Assembly: GCA_041667205.1 (NCBI GenBank)
Contig: JBAYFL010000009.1
Coordinates: forward strand, 106,732 to 170,731
Length of the DNA stretch: 64,000 nt
Source: Verrucomicrobiia bacterium
Lineage (GTDB): Bacteria > Verrucomicrobiota > Verrucomicrobiia > CAIQCK01
Direction: 5' to 3'
The notes under the pieces were generated by a model. It saw only the letters and a list, made by a program, of their open reading frames with translations. It ran no database searches and had not been told where the DNA came from. A program made the position numbers and the translations under genes. Below, in pieces: positions 45,017 through 55,285 of the stretch. Numbering within the stretch: the first letter of the stretch is position 1; each line of letters starts with the position of its first letter.

Positions 45017-46978
45017 ATGTCACACATTCAACTTGGCGGAATTGATTATGCCATCATGGCAATCTATGTGGCCGCCATCCTTGGCATCGGCTGGACGCTT
45101 GCGCGCTACATGAAGACGTCGTCGGACTTCCTCACGTCCGCGCGTTCCATCCCGACGTGGGTGACCGGTCTGGCGTTCATCTCCGCCAACCTCGGCGCGT
45201 TGGAACTCGTTGGCATGGCGGCCAGTGGCGCCAAATACGGCATCGCCACGAGCCACTTCTATTGGGTCGGCGCGATCCCCGCGATGATCTTCCTAGCGGT
45301 GTTCATGATGCCGTTTTACTACGGCTCCAAGGCGCGCTCGGTGCCGGAGTATCTGAAGATGCGCTTCGACGAGCGCGTGCGCGCGCTGAACTCGGTGGCG
45401 TTCGCGGTGATGACCATCTTTGCCTCCGGCATCTCGATGAACGCGCTGGCGAAGTTGCTGAACCAGCTCCTCGGCTGGAACTATCACATGGCGCTGTGGA
45501 TATGCTCCGGCGTCGTGCTGCTATACGTTCTGAAGGGCGGGCTGACCTCGGCGATTTACACGGAGGTGTTGCAGTTCTTCATGATCGTCCTCGGTTTCGC
45601 GCCGGTCGTGTATCTCGGACTCAAAGATGTTGGCGGCTGGAGCGCGATGAACCAGTCGCTGCAAACCGTCGCCACCAATCCCGCTGCGCTGAACCTGAAG
45701 GAAGGAAGCACGCACTACGCCGCCAACGCCTGGACGAGCGCATGGCAGCCGTTACTCGCCGGCCCGCAGAACAATCCGATGGGCGTGGACTGGTTCGCGA
45801 TGGTCTTTGGCCTCGGCTTCGTCCTGAGCTTCGGCTACTGGTGCACCAACTTCCTCGTCGTCCAGCGCGCGATGGCCGCGAAGAACATGACCGCCGCCCG
45901 CAACACCCCACTCGTCGCCGCGGTGCCGAAGATGCTCTTCCCGTTTCTTGTCATCGTGCCCGGCATGATCGCCGTCGCGTTGACCTCGATGCCCGACAAG
46001 GACTACCGCATCCCGCCACCGATTGTTTCGCAGGAGAACTACACGAAGGCCGTCGAAGTGGTGAAGAAAGCGAATCCGACGGAGTCCGCAGCCGCGGTCA
46101 CGGCCGTCGCCGAAGCACTGGGCGTCAAAGTGAGCGGCGAGAAGGTCGCTGCGCTGGTTGCCGATAATGCGAAGACCAAACTGGCTGACGAAAAAATCCA
46201 GAACGGCATCTACAACAGCATCGCCGAATACGATTACGACGGTGTCATTCTTTCGCTGGTGAAGAAGTATTGCCCGCCGGGCCTGCTCGGTCTCGCGCTC
46301 ACGGCGTTGCTCGCGTCGTTCATGTCGGGCATGGCCGGCAACGTCACCGCGTTCAACACCGTCTGGACCTACGACTTGTATCAGGCGTATTTCATGCCGG
46401 ACAAGAGCGATAAGCATTACTTTTGGGCGGGCAAGGTGACCACTGTCGTTGGCATCTTGTTGAGCATCGGCGCGGCCTACTTCGCGGCGATGTATAACAA
46501 CGCGATGGACATCATCCAGCTCGTCTTCGGTTTCGTGAACGCTCCGCTGTTCGCCACGTTCCTGCTTGGCATGTTCTGGAAGCGCGCCACCGGCACCGGC
46601 GCGTTCCTGGGTCTGTTTGGTGGCATTGGCGGCTCGGCGGTGTTCCACGCGCTGACGACGACGAGCAGCAATGTGGACGCTGCTGGCCGCGTCATCAACG
46701 GCATGAAAGGCGGCTACCTCGCCGTGGTTTCAACGTTCCCCAGCGAGATGGCGCAGAATTTCTGGCTGGCAGCCTTCGCCTTCATCGCGTGCTTCGTGCT
46801 GACATTGGGCATCTCGCTGGCGACGCAGCGGACGAAGACGGACGAGGAACTCAAAGGGTTGGTCTATTCGCTGACGCCGAAGGTCGTGGACCATTCGCAG
46901 GCGTGGTATGGGCGGCCGGCTTTCCTCGGCTGCGTGTTGCTGGTCGGTTGCGTCATCCTCAACATCATCTTTTGGTAA
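45017..46978 (+). CDS. sodium:solute symporter (SSS) family transporter
   Basis: ATG 45017 follows GAAAGGAAC. It has 13 or more hydrophobic helices and the typical N-terminus DYAIMAIYVAAILGIGW...DFLTSARSIP. A hydrophilic insert of about 95 aa (PDKDYRIPPP...DYDGVILS) is present. Confidence 0.85.
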   Translation: MSHIQLGGIDYAIMAIYVAAILGIGWTLARYMKTSSDFLTSARSIPTWVTGLAFISANLGALELVGMAASGAKYGIATSHFYWVGAIPAMIFLAVFMMPFYYGSKARSVPEYLKMRFDERVRALNSVAFAVMTIFASGISMNALAKLLNQLLGWNYHMALWICSGVVLLYVLKGGLTSAIYTEVLQFFMIVLGFAPVVYLGLKDVGGWSAMNQSLQTVATNPAALNLKEGSTHYAANAWTSAWQPLLAGPQNNPMGVDWFAMVFGLGFVLSFGYWCTNFLVVQRAMAAKNMTAARNTPLVAAVPKMLFPFLVIVPGMIAVALTSMPDKDYRIPPPIVSQENYTKAVEVVKKANPTESAAAVTAVAEALGVKVSGEKVAALVADNAKTKLADEKIQNGIYNSIAEYDYDGVILSLVKKYCPPGLLGLALTALLASFMSGMAGNVTAFNTVWTYDLYQAYFMPDKSDKHYFWAGKVTTVVGILLSIGAAYFAAMYNNAMDIIQLVFGFVNAPLFATFLLGMFWKRATGTGAFLGLFGGIGGSAVFHALTTTSSNVDAAGRVINGMKGGYLAVVSTFPSEMAQNFWLAAFAFIACFVLTLGISLATQRTKTDEELKGLVYSLTPKVVDHSQAWYGRPAFLGCVLLVGCVILNIIFW

Positions 46979-46993
46979 GAAAGGAACCGGTTT

Positions 46994-47197
46994 ATGGGAC
47001 TCGATATTCGCTGGCCGATCGGCCTCATGTTCACCGTCGTGGGCGCGCTGCTTGCGCTCCAAGGCTTGCTGGCCGGGCCGGACGCCAACAAACTGTCGCT
47101 CGGCATCAACATCAACTTTGGCTGGGGCTGCGTGCTGCTGGTGTTCGGCCTGTTGATGGTGTTCTTCGCCTGGCGCGGCAAGCAGAGCACGAAGTGA
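46994..47197 (+). CDS. small two-helix membrane protein downstream of symporter
   Basis: 67 aa with two hydrophobic segments. ATG follows AAAGGAACC. It starts 15 nt after the symporter stop. Confidence 0.55.
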   Translation: MGLDIRWPIGLMFTVVGALLALQGLLAGPDANKLSLGININFGWGCVLLVFGLLMVFFAWRGKQSTK

Positions 47198-47276
47198 TAT
47201 CAGGACGCTGTGAACGCTCCAGTTGTCGCGGCGACCGAGGCACAGGGACTGCATAAAGGTTATCACGATTAGGATC

Positions 47277-47849
47277 ATGGCATCGCAAGGGAACATTCGA
47301 GACGCGAGAGCAGGCTTTCAGACGGCAGCGTTACCCACAGCCCTTGCTGGGCTTTGTGCAGTTGCGCTGGCCGCCGCAGCCACGGCTTTGGCGCTCTGGC
47401 AGCCGGGCCAGCCGGGCACCTACATTACCTTGGTGCAGCAGAAGCTCGCGCCGATGCCCGGGACCATTGGATCGGACGCGATTCCGCTGGATGAGGCCGA
47501 CCGCGCGTTACGGCGGGGCAACGCGTTGCTGACCGCGCGCAATCCCGGCGAGGCAATCAAGGAATTTGAGCGCGCGGTGGCCTTGCAGCCGGCGTATGCG
47601 CTGGCATGGATCAACTTGGGCGTGGTGTATTACAATCTCAATCGCACCAAGGAAGCCAATCGCGCGTTTCTGCATGGCTACACGCTTGATCCTTACAACT
47701 TCCTGGCCGCGCACAATCTGGCTTTGTTGAACGAGATTGAGGGCCACCTCCATGTGGCGCGTGATTTTTATCAGCAGGCGGCGCGATTGGACCCGAAGAA
47801 TGCGGAGGTCGCGAAGCGGTTGAAAAGCCTGAAGTCGCTTGACCGCTGA
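47277..47849 (+). CDS. TPR repeat protein with N-terminal membrane anchor
   Basis: Hydrophobic ALAGLCAVALAAAATALALW followed by TPR units (EAIKEFERAVALQPAYALAWINLGVVYYNLNRTKEANRAF...). The listed ORF starts at TTG 47223. Confidence 0.7.
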   Translation: MASQGNIRDARAGFQTAALPTALAGLCAVALAAAATALALWQPGQPGTYITLVQQKLAPMPGTIGSDAIPLDEADRALRRGNALLTARNPGEAIKEFERAVALQPAYALAWINLGVVYYNLNRTKEANRAFLHGYTLDPYNFLAAHNLALLNEIEGHLHVARDFYQQAARLDPKNAEVAKRLKSLKSLDR

Positions 47850-47891
47850 GCAAACTGGCTCACGCCCGCCGCCCGCTGACAGGTATCCATT

Positions 47892-50441
47892 ATGAACAGA
47901 ACTCGGAAGGTTAAATGGTGTCGCTGGGTCTTTGTGACCTTGGGCATTGGCGTGTGCACTGCGCTCAGCACGGCCCAGGACATCAACCCATATCCACGGC
48001 AGTTGCTTCGGACGGAACCGCTGCACCAGTGGCTCTTCCGTGCCGGCGCGGCGGGCTGGACCGCGCTGCACCACTGCACAGTCGCGGCGGTTGACGGCGT
48101 GCTGAAGATTCAAAGCAGCGGCAACGATCCTTATCTGATCAGCGGGCCGATTCGGATCGAAGGGCCGCTCGCGGTGCGGCTTCGCGTGAAGTGCGCCACC
48201 GGAGGTTCCGGGGAGTTCTTCTGGACGACGATCGAATCACCGCACACCAATCCTGAACACAGCCAACAGTTCAAGCTTATCCACGACGGCCAATGGCATG
48301 ATTACACCGTGCGGTTGGACGCGCGCGGCACGGTCACGCGGTTGCGCCTTGACCCGGGTGGCACGCCGGGCGCGATTGAGGTGGAGAAGATTGAACTCAT
48401 TCGCGAAATCCTGTATCCGCTCGAAATCCAATCAGTGCGTGTCGAGGGGCGTCAGATCGCTCTCTCTCTGACGAACCACGCGGACAAGGCGATTAGCTGC
48501 ACAGTGGATGGGCGCCAAATCACGATGGCGGGTAACGCAGTGCAGACGGTCTCGTTCACCGCCGGTGGAAGATCGCCATTTGAGGCGCGCGAAATCGCTG
48601 TCCTGTCCGATGGTTTACCGCCGCTTCGCCGGACTATCTTTATTGCCGACGCCGGAGCTGCTGGCGATTGGATTGCGCGCACATCGCACGACATCACGCT
48701 GAAGGTTGCGCGCGACGGTTCGGGGGCGCGCGTCGAGTGTGGCGGGAAACTTGTCGGCTTCATTGCGCCGCTCGTTTGGAGTGACGGTGTTGTGCCGAAG
48801 CTTAAGCTGGTTGGCGAAAGCGGCTCGCTGCGCTTTGCCGCCGATGGCGTCGGCGTCACTCTCTCGCTGAGCGGCGAGGAAATCTCAATTGCCGTCCAGA
48901 GCGACACGGTATGCGAAGGGCCGGTGTTGCGTGCGCTGGGGTCGTTAAAACAGGGCGTGTTTGCCGGGCTGGAGTATCTCGGCAAAGGGGAGAAATCGTC
49001 ATCAACGCTCGATATCGAGACGGAAGAGCACATCCGTTTCGCGCCCGATCCGCTGAAGGTCACGATGCCGCTGATGGCGTTTGTCACGGACCGGGCGTCA
49101 GTGGCGATGACGTGGCGGGACATGTCGCTGCAGCCGGTCTTCGCCACGCCGAACTTCCTCGATGGCGTAGAGGGCCACCGCGCTGCGTTACGGGGAAAGA
49201 AGATTGAAGCGACGATTCTGGTGCGAAAGCCAGCGCCGCTCGAGGATTCGATCTTGTGGGCGGTAAAGGAGCGCGGCCTGCCGGCACTGCCAAAGCCGCT
49301 GCGCAGTCGTGAAGCTCAGACGGTGCTTTCGTTGAAAGCACTGACCGGCCCGCCGCTGAAGACGGAGGCGGGTTGGGGACACTGCGCCGAGCCACATTGG
49401 CAGCGTCATCCATTCGCCGACTGCGCCTCAACAATCTGGCGGCTTACCGGCGAAGCGCCGCAACTTCCGAAGTTGGTGATGGGCGGTTCCCATGTTCGCA
49501 ACGAAGCGATCTACTTTGTTACCGGCCGCGCGAAGGAATGGCTGACGGTGAAGTCATCGCAGGTTCGCGGCATCATCGGCGCCCAGAAAGCGGACGGCTC
49601 GTTCCGCTACAACGGCAAATACCAGCGCGGCCACTTTGAGGACACGGCCAGCGGCTACTGTGCCCAACACGCTGTCACGTTGTTGGAGCATGCGCGCGCC
49701 ACGGGCGACAAGGTAGCGTTGGACGCGGGCGTGAAGACTCTCGAGTTCATGAAACGGTTCCGCACGCCGCGCGGCGCGCAGACTTGGGAGTGCGCGCTCC
49801 ATACGCCGGATATTCTCGGTTCGGCACATCTGGTCCACGCCTACGTGCGCGGCTACGAACTGACCGGCAAACGCGAGTATCTCGACCTCGCGCGGAAGTG
49901 GGCGATCACGGGGCTGCCATTCGTCTATCAGTGGAGCTGCCAGCCAGTGATGCTCTACGCGACGACGCCGGTCTTGGGCGCAACAAACTGGCGAGCGCCA
50001 AATTGGATTGGCCTGCCGGTGCAATGGTGCGGCTACGATTACGCCTACGCGCTGACGATGCTCGTGCCTTACGACAAGACGCTCAACTGGCGGCACCTGG
50101 CCGAGGGTGTTCTCATCGCCGCTGAGCAGATGCAGTATCCCGACGGCGAGTTTGCCGGTTGTGTGCCGGATTCATTCGAACTCGCGACGCAAACGCGACG
50201 GCCGTGGAACATCAACCCGTGTGCGGTTGTTAGCCTGCGGCTCGCGTTGGAAGGAAAACTGGATGCGCTCGCCGTCGCCGCTGCTGAGGGTCACAGGGTG
50301 GTCGCACCGTTCCCGGTGACGATTCGCAGCGCCAAGGCGCGCATTCGGGCGAAGGAAGGCGTCAGTTACCAGGTGCTCGTGGACGGCCAGCGGGTCGTGG
50401 ACGTGCGCTCGCAAGGTGAGGACGTGGTGTCGCTCGACTAA
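47892..50441 (+). CDS. large secreted hypothetical protein (possible alpha/alpha-toroid glycan-active C-terminal domain)
   Basis: 849-aa ORF with the signal VFVTLGIGVCTALSTAQD. The C-terminal region has helical-repeat character (DTASGYCAQHAVTLLEHARATGDKVALDAGV...). The family is not identified. Confidence 0.6.
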   Translation: MNRTRKVKWCRWVFVTLGIGVCTALSTAQDINPYPRQLLRTEPLHQWLFRAGAAGWTALHHCTVAAVDGVLKIQSSGNDPYLISGPIRIEGPLAVRLRVKCATGGSGEFFWTTIESPHTNPEHSQQFKLIHDGQWHDYTVRLDARGTVTRLRLDPGGTPGAIEVEKIELIREILYPLEIQSVRVEGRQIALSLTNHADKAISCTVDGRQITMAGNAVQTVSFTAGGRSPFEAREIAVLSDGLPPLRRTIFIADAGAAGDWIARTSHDITLKVARDGSGARVECGGKLVGFIAPLVWSDGVVPKLKLVGESGSLRFAADGVGVTLSLSGEEISIAVQSDTVCEGPVLRALGSLKQGVFAGLEYLGKGEKSSSTLDIETEEHIRFAPDPLKVTMPLMAFVTDRASVAMTWRDMSLQPVFATPNFLDGVEGHRAALRGKKIEATILVRKPAPLEDSILWAVKERGLPALPKPLRSREAQTVLSLKALTGPPLKTEAGWGHCAEPHWQRHPFADCASTIWRLTGEAPQLPKLVMGGSHVRNEAIYFVTGRAKEWLTVKSSQVRGIIGAQKADGSFRYNGKYQRGHFEDTASGYCAQHAVTLLEHARATGDKVALDAGVKTLEFMKRFRTPRGAQTWECALHTPDILGSAHLVHAYVRGYELTGKREYLDLARKWAITGLPFVYQWSCQPVMLYATTPVLGATNWRAPNWIGLPVQWCGYDYAYALTMLVPYDKTLNWRHLAEGVLIAAEQMQYPDGEFAGCVPDSFELATQTRRPWNINPCAVVSLRLALEGKLDALAVAAAEGHRVVAPFPVTIRSAKARIRAKEGVSYQVLVDGQRVVDVRSQGEDVVSLD

Positions 50442-50508
50442 TCGGTTTTGATTTTGCGCGGCCTCTGGTCCAGAATCCGCGCCGTCGTCGTCAAGGATTC
50501 GGAAGCCT

Positions 50509-51357
50509 ATGAAGATCAAGAAAGCTGTTGTCACCGCCGCTGGCCGGAATCAACGCGGCTTGCCCCTGCAGACGTTGGTGGATCGTGACCGTGTCCAGAA
50601 GACCGCGCTGCGGATCATCGTCGAGGAGGCGTTGAATGCGGGCATCGAGGAGGTTTGCGTCGTCATTCATCCGGGTGACCGCGATGCCTACACGACGGCT
50701 GCCGGTGAACATGCGCGGCGACTGCGTTTCGTCGAGCAGGCCGCGGCACGAGGCTACGGGCACGCAGTGTTCTGCGCACGCGAGTTCGTCGGCAACGACC
50801 CGTTCCTGCATCTCGTCGGCGACCATCTCTACCTGAGCCGCGATGAGCAGGGCAAGCCATGCGCCCGGCAGCTCGTCGAGATCGCGGAGGCGGAACAATG
50901 TGCTGTCTCAGCGGTGCAAGCGACGCGCGAGACGATGCTGACCAACTACGGCACCGTCGGTGGCAAGCGCGTGCCGGTAAAGCCTCGTCTTTACACCATC
51001 GAACACGTCCTGGAGAAGCCGACACCCACCGAAGCCGAGCAGAGCCTGATCGTGCCGGGTCTGCGCGCGGGCTATTACCTTTGCTTTTTCGGCATCCATG
51101 TTCTCACTCCTGCGGTGATGGGAATTCTAGAGCGACAGATCAAGAGTGATGCGCCGAATGTCCACCTTTCGCCGGCATTGGCCGAACTGGCCGAAGCCGG
51201 ACGTTATCTGGCGTATGAATTGAAAGGTCGGCGCTACGACATCGGTGTCCAATACGGCTTGCTTGTGGCACAGCTCGCGTTGGCGCTGGCCGGCAAGGAT
51301 CGCGCCGAGGTGCTCGCGCAACTGGTCGAACTGCTTGCTACGGGCCGCGATCTGTGA
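50509..51357 (+). CDS. sugar nucleotidyltransferase (GalU/UTP-glucose-1-phosphate uridylyltransferase-like)
   Basis: N-terminus [23 protein letters not shown]...[17 protein letters not shown] resembles the GalU-type fold, although the GxGTR loop is divergent (GRNQRG). Confidence 0.65.
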   Translation: MKIKKAVVTAAGRNQRGLPLQTLVDRDRVQKTALRIIVEEALNAGIEEVCVVIHPGDRDAYTTAAGEHARRLRFVEQAAARGYGHAVFCAREFVGNDPFLHLVGDHLYLSRDEQGKPCARQLVEIAEAEQCAVSAVQATRETMLTNYGTVGGKRVPVKPRLYTIEHVLEKPTPTEAEQSLIVPGLRAGYYLCFFGIHVLTPAVMGILERQIKSDAPNVHLSPALAELAEAGRYLAYELKGRRYDIGVQYGLLVAQLALALAGKDRAEVLAQLVELLATGRDL

Positions 51358-54300
51358 CGAAACCAAACGGCACCTCCATGTCTGAACTCACGAAGATCAT
51401 CACCTCCGCTGACCCGGCGGTTCGCGATCAATCACTCGACGCCTTCTGTCGGCGGGCGACGCTGGCGGAGCTTCTGACTGAATGCGACGCGCTCGATGCC
51501 TTCCGCCGCTCCAGCGATAACCTTTACGAGCGGGTGCGCGCGCTGTTCTTCCTCTACGCGATCCATCGCTTCCATCTGCTGACGAAGCCGGGGATGAAGC
51601 CGAGCGGGTTGGTGCCGTTCGTCGGCTACGAGCACCTGTTACAGCGGCGGTTCGAGGAGGCGATCAGTTCCTTCCTGCGCGCGCAGCGAGAGCAGGGGCC
51701 GAACGAGACCGTGAGCAGCGCGCTGGCGGAGGCGTATCACAGCCTCGGCTTCCAGACGCTGGCGGATCAGGTGCGGCGCAGCGTGCGCACGGTGCGCGGC
51801 AACCAATGGATGTTCCGCATGGGCCATCCCTCAGACCAGCCGTTGCGCGTGCGGCCGGAGTTGCTCAGCCGAAGCGCGGCGTCCGGCGGCATGGATGGGG
51901 AAAGAGGCTTTCCTATTTTGCGCGAGCGGACGCCGGTGCGCATGGACCTCTCGCACAGCGCGTGGAGCGACATCTTTTTCCTCGGCATGGATTTTCCTGA
52001 GGGTGCGCGCGTGCTCAACGTCTCCATTGACCTCGCTGTGCGCGGGCGCGACGCGGAGCCCCGGCCGCCGGTGGAGAGTTACTTTCGCGTCATTGACGAG
52101 CCGGTGCTGCGACTGACGAGCGTGGACCTCGGCGCGACGGCGGAAATAACGGAGCTGCGCGACGTGTTCGACTTCGCAAAGGATTACCTCGGCCTGCTCA
52201 AGGCGGCGATCATTGCGTCGGGTATCCTGCCGCCGGGCATCGAAGGCTCCGGCCAGAGTCTTACCGATCTGCTCACGCGACTGGTGGGGCCGGGCCTCGG
52301 CATCGAACTGGTCAGCAGCGTCAACGACATCCCGAAAGGTTCGCGCCTGGCCGTTTCCACAAACTTGCTAGCGTGTCTCATCTCCGTCTGCATGAGAGCG
52401 ACCGGCCAGGCGAAGTCGCTGACGGGCCAGCTTCAGGAATCCGAGCGCCGGCTCGTCGCGGCGCGCGCCATTCTGGGCGAATGGCTCGCCGGCTCAGGCG
52501 GCGGATGGCAGGACTCGGGTGGTGTATGGCCCGGCATGAAGCTGATTCAGGGCGTGCTCGCGGGCGAAGGCGACCCGGAGTTTGGCGTCAGCCGTGGGCG
52601 GTTGCTGCCGTCGCACAAGATTCTCGATGAGCGCGACGCGCCGCCGGCAGTGCGGGAGCAGCTCTGCAACAGCCTCATCCTCGTCCACGGCGGCATGGCG
52701 CAGAACGTCGGGCCGATTCTGGAGATGGTGACGGAGAAATACCTCCTCCGTTCCGAAGCTGAGTGGCAGGGGCGCAAGCAGGCGATGGGCGTGCTCGATG
52801 ACATCGTTGCCGCGTTGCGGGGCGGCGGCAACCCGCGCGAGGCGGTCAGCCGCATCGGGGCGACGACCACGCGGAACTTCTTCGGGCCAATCCAGGCGAT
52901 TATTCCGTGGGCGAGCAACTTCTACACCGAGACGCTCATCGAGCGGGCGAAGGCGGCGTTCGGCAAGGACTTCTGGGGCTTCTGGATGCTCGGCGGCATG
53001 TCGGGCGGCGGCATGGGCTTCATCGTTGCGCCGGAGATCAAGCGGCAGGCGCAGGACCGGTTGCAGGAGGTCATGCTGACAACGAAGGGCGAGCTGCAAC
53101 ACGCGCTCCCGTTCGCAATGGACCCGGTTGTATATGACTTCGGTATCAATCCGCGCGGCACGTTCGCGGATGTGCTGAGCCGCGATGAGGCGCTGATGCC
53201 GATGGGCTACTACGCGCTGCACATGCCGCAATGGCTGCGGATGGAGCAACGGACGCTCTCGCCGATGCGGCGCGCGGAACTTCAGCGGTTTGGCGTGGCG
53301 TGCCGGACGCGGCCAGAGCTTGGTGGCATGACGCGGACGCTCTTTGACCGGCTGTTGCCGCAGATCAAGCGCGACACGTCGCGACGCGGCGGGGCGACGT
53401 TGGTGGAACTGTTGGAGCGGTTCGGTTTCGACAGCGCGCAGCACGAGCAGATTCGGGCCGATCTTAAGAGCGGACGCATCGGCTTGGCGCAAAACCGCCT
53501 TCCCGCCAACACAACGATTGAAGATGTGCGGCGAGAAGACGTTTTCAACGCGACAGAGGGGCGCTCTCTCGAAGCGTATCGCGAGCATGGCATCGAGGCG
53601 CTCAGAGCAGGGGAGGTGGGCGTCGTGTCGCTGGCGGCGGGCGCAGGTAGCCGTTGGACACAGGGCGCGGGTGTCGTGAAGGCACTGAATCCATTCGCGC
53701 GGTTTGCCGGCAAGCACCGGACATTCATGGAGCTGCATTTTGCCAAGAGCCGGCGCATCAGCCGCCTGCACGGCGGCGTGATCCCGCACGTTGTCACAAC
53801 GAGCTACTTGACGCACGAGCCGATCGAGGAATACCTGGCCTCGCCGGGCAAAGGCATCGCGTCCGGTTCTGGCGTAAAGGCGTTCCTGTCGCCGGGCCGC
53901 TCGGTGGGCCTGCGGATGATTCCGATGGCGCGCGACCTGCGCTTCGCGTGGGAGGAAATGCCGCAGCAGTTGCTCGATGAACAGGCGCAGAAGGTGCGCG
54001 AGAGCCTGCACGCCGCGCTCATCGGCTGGGCGCAGCAAGCGGGCGAGGGGAGCGATTACACCGACAACCTGCCGATGCAGTGTCTCCATCCAGTGGGTCA
54101 TTGGTTCGAGGTGTCGAACATGTTGCGCAACGGTCTGCTGGCGCAACTGCTGCGTGACTACCCGCGCCTGAAATACCTGATGCTACACAACATTGACACG
54201 CTCGGCGCTGATCTCGACCCGGCGATGGTCGGCCTGAACATGTCTCTCGGCGCGTGCCTGACGTTCGAGGTCATCACGCGTCACGTGCATGATCGTGGCG

Positions 54301-54749
54301 GCGGCCTCGCGCGTGTGGGCGGCCACGTGCGGCTCGTTGAGGGTTTGGCGATGCCGCGCGAGGAGGCGGAGTTTGCGCTCTCCTACTACAACACGCTGAC
54401 GACGTGGATAGACGTGCAGCAATTGCTGAACGCCTTTGGTCTGACCCGAGACGACCTGACGAACGAGGCGGCTGTCTCGGCGGCGATTCGCAAGGTCAGC
54501 GCGCGCATCCCGACCTACATCACATTGAAGGACGTGAAGAAGCGCTGGGGCCACGGTCAGGAAGACGTTTTCCCGGTCGCGCAGTTCGAGAAACTCTGGG
54601 GCGACATGACATGGCTGCCCGACGTGTCCTGCAAGTTCGTCGTCGTCCCACGGATGCGCGGCCAACAGCTTAAAGACGCAGCCCAGCTCGATGGCTGGCT
54701 CCGCGACGGCTCGCCCGCGTATATCGAGACGCTGTGTGAGTGGGAGTGA
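51354..54749 (+). CDS. fusion protein: N-terminal unknown region + GHMP (fucokinase-like) kinase domain + UDPGP-type pyrophosphorylase domain
   Basis: GTGA overlap with the upstream gene. GHMP-like blocks are [20 protein letters not shown] (degenerate motif II), [11 protein letters not shown] and [16 protein letters not shown] (motif III). UDPGP blocks are [24 protein letters not shown] and [14 protein letters not shown]. Confidence 0.7.
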   Translation: MTKPNGTSMSELTKIITSADPAVRDQSLDAFCRRATLAELLTECDALDAFRRSSDNLYERVRALFFLYAIHRFHLLTKPGMKPSGLVPFVGYEHLLQRRFEEAISSFLRAQREQGPNETVSSALAEAYHSLGFQTLADQVRRSVRTVRGNQWMFRMGHPSDQPLRVRPELLSRSAASGGMDGERGFPILRERTPVRMDLSHSAWSDIFFLGMDFPEGARVLNVSIDLAVRGRDAEPRPPVESYFRVIDEPVLRLTSVDLGATAEITELRDVFDFAKDYLGLLKAAIIASGILPPGIEGSGQSLTDLLTRLVGPGLGIELVSSVNDIPKGSRLAVSTNLLACLISVCMRATGQAKSLTGQLQESERRLVAARAILGEWLAGSGGGWQDSGGVWPGMKLIQGVLAGEGDPEFGVSRGRLLPSHKILDERDAPPAVREQLCNSLILVHGGMAQNVGPILEMVTEKYLLRSEAEWQGRKQAMGVLDDIVAALRGGGNPREAVSRIGATTTRNFFGPIQAIIPWASNFYTETLIERAKAAFGKDFWGFWMLGGMSGGGMGFIVAPEIKRQAQDRLQEVMLTTKGELQHALPFAMDPVVYDFGINPRGTFADVLSRDEALMPMGYYALHMPQWLRMEQRTLSPMRRAELQRFGVACRTRPELGGMTRTLFDRLLPQIKRDTSRRGGATLVELLERFGFDSAQHEQIRADLKSGRIGLAQNRLPANTTIEDVRREDVFNATEGRSLEAYREHGIEALRAGEVGVVSLAAGAGSRWTQGAGVVKALNPFARFAGKHRTFMELHFAKSRRISRLHGGVIPHVVTTSYLTHEPIEEYLASPGKGIASGSGVKAFLSPGRSVGLRMIPMARDLRFAWEEMPQQLLDEQAQKVRESLHAALIGWAQQAGEGSDYTDNLPMQCLHPVGHWFEVSNMLRNGLLAQLLRDYPRLKYLMLHNIDTLGADLDPAMVGLNMSLGACLTFEVITRHVHDRGGGLARVGGHVRLVEGLAMPREEAEFALSYYNTLTTWIDVQQLLNAFGLTRDDLTNEAAVSAAIRKVSARIPTYITLKDVKKRWGHGQEDVFPVAQFEKLWGDMTWLPDVSCKFVVVPRMRGQQLKDAAQLDGWLRDGSPAYIETLCEWE

Positions 54750-54789
54750 AAGTTGACAGCGACGCCATAGCACGACAAAGGGAACTCAA

Positions 54790-55158
54790 GTGGGTCAACA
54801 GCATCCATCGGATTGTCAGACGAATGAGGGTTCTGCCTCTGCCCCGAAGAAAAAAGCGTGGTATTCGCTTTGTTTGGCCGGAATTGCGTGGTCATTTATG
54901 GTTTTTGCGGTGGTGTATTTTGTTCTAGCCATGCCTCGCGGGTCTGTGTCAGGTGAAGTATTTGATGCCACACTGCAACACGTAGAGAAAGTCATAGCCG
55001 TCTTCGGCTTCTGCTGCAACCTGACGAGCTTGGCCGGCATTGGTTTTGCCATCTTGGGCACAGTCAAACGGGAATGGGGATTTGTCCTGGTGTTGGCGTG
55101 GATGCTTAACCTCATCGGGTTGCTTGCTGCACCATTTACGTTCATGTTTTTCGAGTAG
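54790..55158 (+). CDS. hypothetical small membrane protein (AT-richer)
   Basis: GTG start, 122 aa, three or four hydrophobic segments, lower GC than the flanks. No motif recognised. Confidence 0.4.
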   Translation: MGQQHPSDCQTNEGSASAPKKKAWYSLCLAGIAWSFMVFAVVYFVLAMPRGSVSGEVFDATLQHVEKVIAVFGFCCNLTSLAGIGFAILGTVKREWGFVLVLAWMLNLIGLLAAPFTFMFFE

Positions 55159-55285
55159 AAGCCATTCTACGGTGATGAAGTCTGTGTGTTTTTGACTTTC
55201 GATTCCGACAAGGGACGATAGACTGCGTATCCAACGTGCTGATGTGCCGCGAGGCACAGCGTGTTAGCAGACAAGAGACAGCTTT

